A stretch of 64,000 nucleotides of DNA from Desulfobacterales bacterium. Its GTDB lineage: Bacteria > Desulfobacterota > Desulfobacteria > Desulfobacterales > UBA5616. This document shows positions 49,293 to 57,892 of the stretch, in pieces (position 1 is the first letter of the stretch; every line of letters begins with the position of its first letter). Location: NCBI GenBank assembly GCA_046483495.1, contig JAWODC010000074.1, positions 53,052 to 117,051 of the forward strand. Direction: 5' to 3'. A program made the translations under genes and the position numbers. The notes below the pieces were generated by a model, which did not search any database, was not told the DNA's origin, and saw nothing but the letters and a program-made list of their open reading frames with translations.

Positions 49293-49584
49293 ATTGATGT
49301 TCCTGATTCAATTTCTCAAAATTTCCTGAACGTTTCCTCATGGCACAATTCGATGTGAAACCACATGATGCCCATTTCCCGACTGATTCATTCAGAAATA
49401 ACAGGTTTTGGTCCGGAGCAAGGCACGCGTTTTTTTTTAAAGGCACAACACGGGTTTCTATATCACGCCGAAAATAAGATCAAGCACTATATTTTCCTTA
49501 GAAATTTTTATTGCCTTGATTTTATCCTGTGATTCGAATAGGGTTTGGCATCAATGAAAAAGACCAAGGCGGTGCAGTTTATCG

Positions 49585-50187
49585 ATGAAATTTCCGTGCA
49601 GCGGCGTAATCCTTGCCGGCGGCGAAAACAGACGGTTTATGGGTCAAAACAAGGCATTTTGCCGAATCAACGGCAAACGCACCATTGACCGGATATACCC
49701 CCTTTTCCGATCCGTTTTTTCCGATATCATCCTGGTAACCAACACGCCTTCGCTTTACCTGGAATTCGATGCCACGATCGTCTGTGACATCCTGCCGGTT
49801 CGCTCATCGCTGACCGGTATTCATGCGGGTCTGTTTTACGCCGATACACCCTATGCATTCATTTCGGCGTGTGATACGCCTTTTCTGGAAAAAGCGCTGG
49901 TGGAGCATATCGTTTCTCAGATCGAGGACCGCTACGATGCGATTATCCCCCAAACCGGGGCCGGAATGGAGCCCCTGTGTGCGGTATATGCTAAAAAAGC
50001 ACTGAACCGCATCGAAAGCAGTATCCATCAACGCAAATTGAAAATACAATCGGTATTCAAGAAAAATCGGATTAAGATCATACCGGAGCAAGCGGTTCGA
50101 ATGCGTGACAACCGCCTGGCTTCCTTTTTCAATATAAACACGCCGCAGGATCTCGCCACTGCGGAAAACATGCTGAACTCAAAATAA
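49585..50187 (+). CDS. mobA: Molybdenum cofactor guanylyltransferase
   Basis: ILAGGENRRFMG.NKA, ACDTP, EPLCAVY, FFNINTP. Confidence 0.93.
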   Translation: MKFPCSGVILAGGENRRFMGQNKAFCRINGKRTIDRIYPLFRSVFSDIILVTNTPSLYLEFDATIVCDILPVRSSLTGIHAGLFYADTPYAFISACDTPFLEKALVEHIVSQIEDRYDAIIPQTGAGMEPLCAVYAKKALNRIESSIHQRKLKIQSVFKKNRIKIIPEQAVRMRDNRLASFFNINTPQDLATAENMLNSK

Positions 50188-50196
50188 GGAATCGAT

Positions 50197-50559
50197 ATGG
50201 ATGCCTCAAAAATGATCGCAGACATCAAAGCCCAACCGGATTATCACAAAATCGGGATGATCCTTTGCCACAACGGCGTAGTTCGTGAAACCGCTAAAGA
50301 CGGCAGAAAAGTATCCGGATTGAGAGTCTTTGTGGATCATGACGAGCTCGCCCGGGTGATCGAACAGCACAAAATGAAAGATGGAATCATAGACATTCGC
50401 GTCGAGATCGCCGAAGACCGGACGCTTTCCGTAGGTGAGAATATTATGCTGCTCGCGGTGGCCGGAGACGTTCGCCAAAACGTTATTTCCGTCTTGACGG
50501 ATGTCTTGAACGATATTAAAACGGCTGTTACCCGTAAGGAAGAATTCTATCGCGGCTAA
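50197..50559 (+). CDS. moaE: Molybdopterin synthase catalytic subunit MoaE (short form)
   Basis: GMILCHNGVVR, VAGDVR, K..V.RKE; located between mobA and moaC. Confidence 0.82.
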   Translation: MDASKMIADIKAQPDYHKIGMILCHNGVVRETAKDGRKVSGLRVFVDHDELARVIEQHKMKDGIIDIRVEIAEDRTLSVGENIMLLAVAGDVRQNVISVLTDVLNDIKTAVTRKEEFYRG

Positions 50560-50620
50560 GCTGCTGTATGAAGACGATCGAACGGCTCGAACCCGATCCG
50601 CCGGTCAAAAGGAGATTTAC

Positions 50621-51106
50621 ATGGGATCATTTACCCATCTGGACGAACAGGGCCGCGTTCGCATGGTGGATGTCACCCAAAAGGAGGCCGCGGCGCGCAC
50701 CGCCGTCGCCCGAGGCAAAATAACCATGAAGCCGGAGACCTTTTCCATGATATCCGCCGGCCGGATCAAAAAAGGCAATGTGTTGGAAACCGCCCGGATC
50801 GCAGGCATTATGGCGGCCAAAAAAACGGCGGGACTGATCCCCATGTGCCATCCCATCGCCCTTACCCATGCTTCAGTGGATTTTTTCCCCGATGAAAAAA
50901 GCCATTCCGTTACCATCGAAGCCAATGTCGGCATCGTGGCGCAAACCGGGGTGGAAATGGAGGCGCTTACGGCGGTGTCGATAGCCGCCCTGACCATATA
51001 CGACATGTGCAAATCGCTTGACCGGGAAATGGTAATATCCGATATCGTTCTCTTGAAGAAAAGCGGCGGAAAAAGCGGAACCTTTTTGCGGAGTGAACCT
51101 CGATAA
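50621..51106 (+). CDS. moaC: Cyclic pyranopterin monophosphate synthase
   Basis: THLD..G.VRMVDV, LIPMCHP, TGVEMEAL, YDMCK, KSGGKSG. Confidence 0.97.
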   Translation: MGSFTHLDEQGRVRMVDVTQKEAAARTAVARGKITMKPETFSMISAGRIKKGNVLETARIAGIMAAKKTAGLIPMCHPIALTHASVDFFPDEKSHSVTIEANVGIVAQTGVEMEALTAVSIAALTIYDMCKSLDREMVISDIVLLKKSGGKSGTFLRSEPR

Positions 51107-51202
51107 TGTCCATCCGGAAGTGAGAAAATTTGCTCTGGTTCAAGGCGGCCGGGAAATTTAAACCGCAGGAACGGAGTGAATCAGCCATTTCCGGATGGGC
51201 GC
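51106..51202. mobile_element. Internally deleted copy of the MITE/ERIC-like element
   Basis: TGTCCATCCGGAAG...GTTCAAGGCGGCCGGGAAATTTAAACCGCAGG...GAATCAGCCATTTCCGGATGGGCGC. Confidence 0.75.
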
Positions 51203-51232
51203 TGGATAAGCTGCTGTGCCGATGTCAACCCC

Positions 51233-52777
51233 ATGACGTTATTTCCATATTTTTCCATTTCATATGTCTTTGCCTTCTGCATCGGGGCATTTTCAGGAGC
51301 CGTGCTGTGCTGGCTGGCCGTTCGGTATGGGTACGGCATTCAAGCGGAACGACTGAACCTGGAAAATGAAAACCGAATAGCCGTGCTCTCTGAGCATCTT
51401 AAGGCGAGATCCTCTGAGCGTGACGAAGCCAGAGATCGTTTAGAGCAGGCCCGCCGTGATTTAAAATCCGCAGATGACCGCATCCTGGCCCTGTCGGAAG
51501 AGCGCTCCGCCGCTTTGAGCAGGCTCGAGTATATGGCCGTGCTCGAGAAAAATCTTGAAAAATCGCAGGAGCAGATCCTTGCCCTTCAAGACAAGGTCGC
51601 CGGCTTACAGCAGCACGCAGCCCAGCTGCAGACCGTCATCGAAAAAGAGCGGGCATCCGCCGATGAAAAGATCTCACTGCTTGAAGACCTGAAAAGCAAT
51701 TTGACCGACACCTACAATGCCATCAGCGCCAACGCTCTTAAAAAAAACAACCAGGCCTTTCTGGACCTGGCGCAGACGACCTTTTCCAAATACCTGGAAT
51801 CCGCAAAAACGGATTTCGAGTTGAGAACACAAGCGGTAAAAGACGTGGTGGTCCCGGTAAAGGAAGCGTTGTACAAATATGATGAATTTGTACGGGCCGT
51901 CGAACGGCAGAGGGAAAATGCCTACGGCGGGTTGAAAGAGCAGGTTTTTTCCCTGGTAAAATCTCAGAATGAACTCCAGAAGGAGACCGGACGCCTGGTT
52001 AAGGCCCTTCGGGTGCCGCACGTCAGGGGACGATGGGGCGAAATCACCCTTCAACGGGTGGCTGAACTCGCCGGAATGAAAAACCGCTGCGACTTCTTCG
52101 AACAGCCTGTTGCCTCAGGCAGGGACGGCGGTGTTCGGCCGGATATGATCATCACCCTGCCGGGAAACCGCCTGATCGTTGTGGACTCGAAGGTTCCCCT
52201 TTCCGCCTACCTGGACTCCCTTGAAGCGGAATCTGAAGAAAAACGAGAGGAATGCCTGGCCGTGCACGCCCGGCATGTTCACACCCATATCCTACAGCTG
52301 TCTCAGAAAACCTACTGGGCCCAGTTTCAACCAACGCCGGAATTTGTAATCCTGTTTATTCCTGGAGAAAACTTTTTTTCAGCCGCCTTATCCCGGAATG
52401 CCGCGCTGATTGAATTCGGCGCTGAAAGAGGCGTCATACCGGCGACGCCGACCACCCTGATCACACTGCTGAAAACCGTATCGTTTGCCTGGCGCCAGGA
52501 GACCGTAGCGGAAAACGCCAAAACGATCAGCGAACTGGGCAAGGATCTCTATGAACGGCTCAATATAATGGCCAAGCATCTCCACCGCCTGGGCAGAAAT
52601 ATTGAAAGCTGCACGGCAACCTACAATCGGGCCGTAGGATCATTCGAAAGACGGGTGCTTACCGCCGCCCGCAAATTCGAAGAGCTTGGCGTAACCTTAA
52701 AAAATGATGACGCGCTGCAGGGTATGGATCCCGTGGAGGCCACGGCGCGATCATTGGATTACCAGGTTGAAGATTAA
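51233..52777 (+). CDS. rmuC: DNA recombination protein RmuC
   Basis: N-terminal TM plus coiled coil; RGRWGE, RPDMII.LP, VDSKVP, FIPGE, TPTTL; start uncertain. Confidence 0.92.
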   Translation: MTLFPYFSISYVFAFCIGAFSGAVLCWLAVRYGYGIQAERLNLENENRIAVLSEHLKARSSERDEARDRLEQARRDLKSADDRILALSEERSAALSRLEYMAVLEKNLEKSQEQILALQDKVAGLQQHAAQLQTVIEKERASADEKISLLEDLKSNLTDTYNAISANALKKNNQAFLDLAQTTFSKYLESAKTDFELRTQAVKDVVVPVKEALYKYDEFVRAVERQRENAYGGLKEQVFSLVKSQNELQKETGRLVKALRVPHVRGRWGEITLQRVAELAGMKNRCDFFEQPVASGRDGGVRPDMIITLPGNRLIVVDSKVPLSAYLDSLEAESEEKREECLAVHARHVHTHILQLSQKTYWAQFQPTPEFVILFIPGENFFSAALSRNAALIEFGAERGVIPATPTTLITLLKTVSFAWRQETVAENAKTISELGKDLYERLNIMAKHLHRLGRNIESCTATYNRAVGSFERRVLTAARKFEELGVTLKNDDALQGMDPVEATARSLDYQVED

Positions 52778-52778
52778 T

Positions 52779-54002
52779 ATGCGAATACTTGCTGCTTACT
52801 GGATGTCACTGTTCATTCTCATTTCCCTGGCAAGCGGATGCGGACGGTTCGCGCCGGAGCGTCCCCAACCGGAGGCACTACCCCTGGTGCGGCTTTCTGA
52901 ATCCCGCCTTCCGGAATTTTCAGACGATCTCGATTTTGAACGGCTCGGCGAAGCGATCGAAGAAAGCCTTGCCTATCTGAACAAAATCCCCGAGGATCGC
53001 ATTTTCCTGTTCGGGAAAGACCGGTACACGGCCGGCCGGATGATCGCCACGTTAACGGATTTTTCACGGTTTATCGCATCCGGACCGACCCGGCGCGAAT
53101 TGAACCGCTACATTGCCGATCACTATTTCGTTTATCAAGCCATCGGACGCAATAATGAACGCGAGGTTCTGTTTACCGGCTATTTCGAACCGGAAATAAA
53201 GGGGAGCCCCGTAAAGACCGATCGGTATGTTTACCCGGTTTACGCCATGCCCGACGACCTGATGACGATAGACCTGGCGCTGTTTTCATCGAAGTACGAG
53301 GGGGAAAAGATCATCGGAAGGCTCCATGACGGAACGGTCGTCCCATACTACACCCGGGAGGAAATCGAAGAAGCCCCGGAATTCAGCCAGGCTGCGGAAC
53401 CCATCGCATGGGTTCAGGACCCTGTTGCCCTTTTTTTTCTTCATGTCCAGGGATCCGGAAGAGTCGTGTTCGAAGACGGAAAAGTAATCAACGTCCATTA
53501 CCACGGGACAAACGGCCACGCTTACCGGAGCATCGGCAAGCATTTGATCGAAAGCGGCAAAATCGAAAGAGAGAATATGTCAATGCAGGCCATTTACGCC
53601 TACCTGCAAACGAATCCCGACCAAATACCGGCCGTCCTCAACATCAACCCAAGCTATGTTTTTTTCGAAACGGTCGATTCAGGGCCTTTGGGCTGCATCA
53701 TGGCCGAGCTTGTTCCGGGCCGGTCCATCGCCCTGGACAAATCGCTGTTTCCACCGGCCGCCCCGGCATTTATCGCGTCTTTCAAGCCTGTCATCGACGA
53801 AAACGACACCATAACCGGCTGGACCGAATTCAGCCGGTTCGTGCTCAACCACGACACAGGGGGAGCCATAAAAGGTGCGGGACGGGCCGACATTTTCTGG
53901 GGCAGCGGGAAGGAGGCCGAAATCACGGCGGGGCACCTGAAGCACCCTGGAAAGCTGTACTTTTTCGTGCTGAAAAAAAGCGGCAGGGCCGACGGCAAAT
54001 AG
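52779..54002 (+). CDS. mltA: Membrane-bound lytic murein transglycosylase A
   Basis: Lipobox LASGC; FTGYFEP, VQGSG, NPSYVFF, DTGGAIKG..RADIFWG. Confidence 0.93.
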   Translation: MRILAAYWMSLFILISLASGCGRFAPERPQPEALPLVRLSESRLPEFSDDLDFERLGEAIEESLAYLNKIPEDRIFLFGKDRYTAGRMIATLTDFSRFIASGPTRRELNRYIADHYFVYQAIGRNNEREVLFTGYFEPEIKGSPVKTDRYVYPVYAMPDDLMTIDLALFSSKYEGEKIIGRLHDGTVVPYYTREEIEEAPEFSQAAEPIAWVQDPVALFFLHVQGSGRVVFEDGKVINVHYHGTNGHAYRSIGKHLIESGKIERENMSMQAIYAYLQTNPDQIPAVLNINPSYVFFETVDSGPLGCIMAELVPGRSIALDKSLFPPAAPAFIASFKPVIDENDTITGWTEFSRFVLNHDTGGAIKGAGRADIFWGSGKEAEITAGHLKHPGKLYFFVLKKSGRADGK

Positions 54003-54004
54003 GA

Positions 54005-54033
54005 TTGACGCTTGCGAGACAGATGCATACTAT
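54005..54033 (+). promoter_or_regulatory. Sigma70-like promoter
   Basis: TTGACG-N17-TACTAT. Confidence 0.6.
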
Positions 54034-54057
54034 CGGTGACCGATCCCGCGATTTATA

Positions 54058-54936
54058 ATGGAAACGCCGGAAAACGGTTGCCGATTTAAAACATGTAAGG
54101 GCCGCAGAAAGGTGCCGTTGGATCAGGAACAGTCGGGGCAATACCTCTGCCAGGTGAGTGAGACCGTCTCATGCGGGGCATGCTGCGGCCTCTACAATGC
54201 GACGGATGCCTCTTTTGAGGGGCTTTCACGGCTGCTGGCACACCGTTCGGAGATGTTTGCCGAAATCCCCCGTGAAATTGATGCGATCACCTCGTTCGCT
54301 GAACAGGTTCAAGCATTCGAGCCCCAAAACCGGCCGCTGCCGGATTTTCATCACTGTCCATTCCTGGGCCTGATCGGCGGGAAACGATCGCGGGTGGGAT
54401 GCCTTCTTCATCCTAAAAATCCACAAAACAACGGCATCGACTTCAGAGGATTGAGTCACTACGGCGGGATGACCTGCCGGGTATACTTCTGCCCTTCCGC
54501 CCGGATACTCGATCCGGTGATCGCCCGCATCGTGAAATCAACGGTTCAAAACTGGTACATGTACGGATTGATTATCACAGAAAGCCGGTTGCTGACCGCC
54601 TTCTTCGATGAGATTGAACGGCGGATCGATGCCCCTTTGGATGACGAAAGATTCGCTGCAAAACCGCACATGCTTAAATCCCTGCACCGGCTGTTCGAGT
54701 TGAAGCTTCAATGGCCGTTCAGAAACCCGGACGATCGATTCATCGGCTGTTATTTTTTCAATGATGACCTCTGCCCCAGGCCTCGCATTCATTTTGAACC
54801 CATCGGTGGTGCCGGTTCACCCTACGAGGCCATTTTCCAGGAGCTCGTTTCCACCTTCAACTCCATAAAGGAGCTGCATGCGGCGGAACGAATGCTGGAC
54901 CGGCTGTTTTCCGATATCGCCTGCCGGTACCGTTAA
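54058..54936 (+). CDS. Hypothetical Cys-rich protein (YkgJ-like metal-binding pattern)
   Basis: SCGACCG, CPFLG, GCLLHP, CRVYFCP; start uncertain. Confidence 0.75.
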   Translation: METPENGCRFKTCKGRRKVPLDQEQSGQYLCQVSETVSCGACCGLYNATDASFEGLSRLLAHRSEMFAEIPREIDAITSFAEQVQAFEPQNRPLPDFHHCPFLGLIGGKRSRVGCLLHPKNPQNNGIDFRGLSHYGGMTCRVYFCPSARILDPVIARIVKSTVQNWYMYGLIITESRLLTAFFDEIERRIDAPLDDERFAAKPHMLKSLHRLFELKLQWPFRNPDDRFIGCYFFNDDLCPRPRIHFEPIGGAGSPYEAIFQELVSTFNSIKELHAAERMLDRLFSDIACRYR

Positions 54937-54980
54937 GGCTGTAGAACGGTCTTCGGCTGATGGGCTTTAGACCATCGGAT

Positions 54981-55652
54981 TTAGAATGCCTGTCCGACTT
55001 TTTCCCGGGAAACGACTTTATCGAACGGTTTTCTCGGCCTTTCCCTCGGCGTTTCATCCGGCACGCCCAGTGTGAGCAGGGTCAGCAGATACATGTGCTC
55101 CGGCAGGTCTAACGCCGTTCGCACCTCGTTGTAGAGATCCGCCATTTCGCCGGTCGCTTCATTTCCCATGGCACCCACCATGCACATGCCCAACCCCTGG
55201 TTTACCGCCTCGACAGCCATAAACCCATAGGCGATGCCGAGCTGCTCGAAAGTCCGGCTGAGAATCATTGCGGGGCCGTGTTCAGCGACACAGAAAACAG
55301 GATTCTTCAGCATGAAGCCGTCGATAATCTCCTCGGTGACCTGAATCACGCCGGCTTCCATCAGCTCCATCAAGGCCGCCTTGTTTTTCGGCTTGTCCCA
55401 TGCCGCCAAATCACCGCAAACACCGATAATCAAGGGTGCAGCGGCTACATGGGGTTGGCCCATCGAAAGCTGGGAAAGCTTCTCCTTAACCGCGGGGGTC
55501 TCGATCACTACAAAATGCCAGGGCTGTACGTTTTCCCAGGAAGGCGCCCGTCTCCCTGCCTCCAGTACGGCTCTCAGCGCTTCCACCGGAACCGGTTGAT
55601 CTTTGTATTTTCGGATGCTTCTCCATTGCCGAATTGCCTCGGTTGTGTCCAT
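54981..55652 (-). CDS. Nitroreductase family protein
   Basis: RSIRKY, APSWENVQPWHF, GLGMC, RPRKP; SD AGGAGG. Confidence 0.92.
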   Translation of the reverse strand: MDTTEAIRQWRSIRKYKDQPVPVEALRAVLEAGRRAPSWENVQPWHFVVIETPAVKEKLSQLSMGQPHVAAAPLIIGVCGDLAAWDKPKNKAALMELMEAGVIQVTEEIIDGFMLKNPVFCVAEHGPAMILSRTFEQLGIAYGFMAVEAVNQGLGMCMVGAMGNEATGEMADLYNEVRTALDLPEHMYLLTLLTLGVPDETPRERPRKPFDKVVSREKVGQAF

Positions 55653-55718
55653 GTAAAACCTCCTCGCACGCATGCCTTTTAGTAGTAAAAGAAACGTCCG
55701 CACCCACCGTAATAACGC

Positions 55719-55937
55719 CTACAGTTCATCATTGGTGACGAAGCGGTCGCCTTCCCAATCCTTGTCGATCCTGAATCGTTTCTTTACCAGGATGCGTTCC
55801 GTGAGGACCACGGTAGCCGGATAATCCGTTCTGCGCTGACATAACTTGTCGAAATACTTCTGCGCTTTTTCCGGATCTTCGAAAACTTCTCGTTTAATTT
55901 TACGGGTGTTGCCGACCCTTATCATCACAGTGTACAT
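55719..55937 (-). CDS. Small hypothetical protein
   Basis: 72 aa MYTVMIRVG... with SD AAGGA. Confidence 0.55.
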   Translation of the reverse strand: MYTVMIRVGNTRKIKREVFEDPEKAQKYFDKLCQRRTDYPATVVLTERILVKKRFRIDKDWEGDRFVTNDEL

Positions 55938-56024
55938 TGTGTTTCCTTTGCACCGACCCGTTTTCAAGCAAAACCAGCCGTCATGAACTACGATTTCGGG
56001 GTTTTCAAGGAGGGTGCTTACCTG

Positions 56025-56061
56025 GTGCCATCCGGGAATGTTCTCATTTCCGGATGGGCGC
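56025..56061. repeat. Short copy of the MITE/ERIC-like element
   Basis: GTGCCATCCGGGAATGTTCTCATTTCCGGATGGGCGC followed by TA. Confidence 0.78.
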
Positions 56062-56068
56062 TAACCTG

Positions 56069-56210
56069 GTGTCCATCGAGAAATAGGCAATTTCGCGTGA
56101 GTTCAAGGCGGACGCAAGATCGAAACCGCAGGAATCGTGTGCTATTTTGAGGATTTCGATCTTGCGTCCAACGCAGAAATCGCGTGAAAGGGCCATTTAT
56201 GGATGGACAC
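56069..56210. mobile_element. Full-length 142-nt MITE/ERIC-like hairpin element
   Basis: Perfect termini GTGTCCATC / GATGGACAC followed by TA; perfect 16-bp inner arms at 56110-56125 and 56154-56169. Confidence 0.8.
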
Positions 56211-56335
56211 TACCTAATTATGATCACTATCCGCTCAAATGTATTTAAAAGAAAAAACCGGGCCCGTCAATACTCTAATGCGAAATTGCAGTAGTGGATG
56301 CATAAACATGTACTTAGACGGGGGGAAATGATTTT

Positions 56336-56364
56336 TTGAGAATTTCAGTAAAATGCATTATAAT
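56336..56364 (+). promoter_or_regulatory. Sigma70 promoter of trxC
   Basis: TTGAGA-N17-TATAAT. Confidence 0.7.
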
Positions 56365-56460
56365 GCGTTTTGATCGTTTAGAGCGTTTCGGTCGTTTCGA
56401 TCGTTTAAACGATCCCAACGGTCCCAACGATCCTAACGATCAAAACGATCCCAACGATCC
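56365..56460. repeat. Inverted 9-mer microrepeat array
   Basis: About five TCGTTTNGA-like units, centre CGTTTAAACG, then about five TCCYAACGA-like units ending at the SD AGGAGG. Confidence 0.85.
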
Positions 56461-56472
56461 AGGAGGACCATT

Positions 56473-56931
56473 ATGGAGTCACCTTCACATTTAACGTTCA
56501 GGTGTTCATCATGCGGCACCAAAAACCGAATACCGCAGGAGAGGGCGGGGCAAACGGCGAAATGCGGCAAGTGCGGGCATACCCTTCAGACGGGTGAACT
56601 GCTGATCGATTCACCGATTACCATTGTCGATCGGGAATTTGACACCCGGGTGCTGCGGTCCCCGCTGCCGGTTCTCCTCGATTGCTGGGCGCCCTGGTGC
56701 GGGCCCTGTAAAATGGTGGGGCCTATCATGGAAGATTTGGCCGTCCAATGGAAGGGTATCGTCCGAATCGGCAAACTAAACGTCGACGAAAATCCAAGTA
56801 CGGCTTCGCAGTTCCAGATCCGCAGCATTCCCACCTTTTTGATTTTCGAAAACGGAAAATTGCGAGAAACGCTGGTGGGTGCGCTGCCTAAACAGCAAAT
56901 CGTTCAGGCGATGGCACCGTATATCTCATGA
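56473..56931 (+). CDS. trxC: Thioredoxin 2 (N-terminal zinc finger)
   Basis: CSSC/CGKC zinc motifs, WAPWCGPC, IRSIPT. Confidence 0.93.
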   Translation: MESPSHLTFRCSSCGTKNRIPQERAGQTAKCGKCGHTLQTGELLIDSPITIVDREFDTRVLRSPLPVLLDCWAPWCGPCKMVGPIMEDLAVQWKGIVRIGKLNVDENPSTASQFQIRSIPTFLIFENGKLRETLVGALPKQQIVQAMAPYIS

Positions 56932-57833
56932 ATATGACCCGCTTGGAAGCAATTACAGCTGAAATCTTACGCTTGCTTGCCCTCGGCCTGACGCTTCAAC
57001 CCCGGACCCTGCATTTTTCAGCATCGACATTTTCCGCTGCCACTGCGGAGGAAATACAGGCGATCCTCGATAAGGGCGATGAATCCGACCGCGAACTGCT
57101 CGCCGAAGCCGCCTTCTTTCCCGATGAATCCTTTCAGGTGCACCTCGAACCCTCACTCACGGAAGGGGCATTGACCCGGGAAGATATCGGCCGACTGAAA
57201 GAATGCATTTCATTGAAAGTAGAGCGGGTCTTCATTCACCTGCCGAATGAGCAAAGCGCTTTTTCACTGAAGGTCGACCTTCCGCTCATCGACGGGTTCG
57301 TCAATCGGCTGAATCTGGCTTACCGTCTTCATCCGGATCTCATCGATTCACTGGCCGACTCTGTAAATGGGGGTTTTTTGTACAGGACACGGGTAATGTT
57401 GCGAAATGCACGGTCATCCATGTCACCGGTCATTCGCGATTGGTTTTTAAGGCTTGCCGGATGTATCGGCAACAGCCGTGAGTGGCCAGCGATCCTTGAT
57501 TTCGTTTTGCCGTTTCTCGGCACGATGACCGATGAATCGAACCTTTATGAGGAACTGATTCGATTGAAGCGGATCTATTTTTCCGCCTTGCAGCGCCTCG
57601 AGCGGCACGAGGAGCAGATTCAGAAAACCAACATGGAAACCGTCATGGCGATGGGATTGCGAATGGGGCACATTCAGAGGGAGAAAGCGCTGTTGACAAT
57701 CGGCATTATCGACCGGATATGCCTCGCCCTTTACGGTCAAACCGAGCGCCTCGAGTATCATGAAATGGATATCGATGTTGGTGACGATGCATCGGGTGGG
57801 CATATCGAAAACATCATAAAGGCATTGACGTGA
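56928..57833 (+). CDS. Hypothetical protein, translationally coupled to trxC
   Basis: 301-aa ORF with ATGA overlap. Confidence 0.72.
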   Translation: MNMTRLEAITAEILRLLALGLTLQPRTLHFSASTFSAATAEEIQAILDKGDESDRELLAEAAFFPDESFQVHLEPSLTEGALTREDIGRLKECISLKVERVFIHLPNEQSAFSLKVDLPLIDGFVNRLNLAYRLHPDLIDSLADSVNGGFLYRTRVMLRNARSSMSPVIRDWFLRLAGCIGNSREWPAILDFVLPFLGTMTDESNLYEELIRLKRIYFSALQRLERHEEQIQKTNMETVMAMGLRMGHIQREKALLTIGIIDRICLALYGQTERLEYHEMDIDVGDDASGGHIENIIKALT

Positions 57834-57892
57834 TGGTGGATATGGGTTCATAAACGGTAAACTTCCCTATATCAATCAGAGGATTTTATGCG

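Noticed and set aside
49293..49460. PyrR-binding attenuator upstream of pyrR
   Set aside because: No AGTCC.GTGAGG-type loop and no terminator on the coding strand
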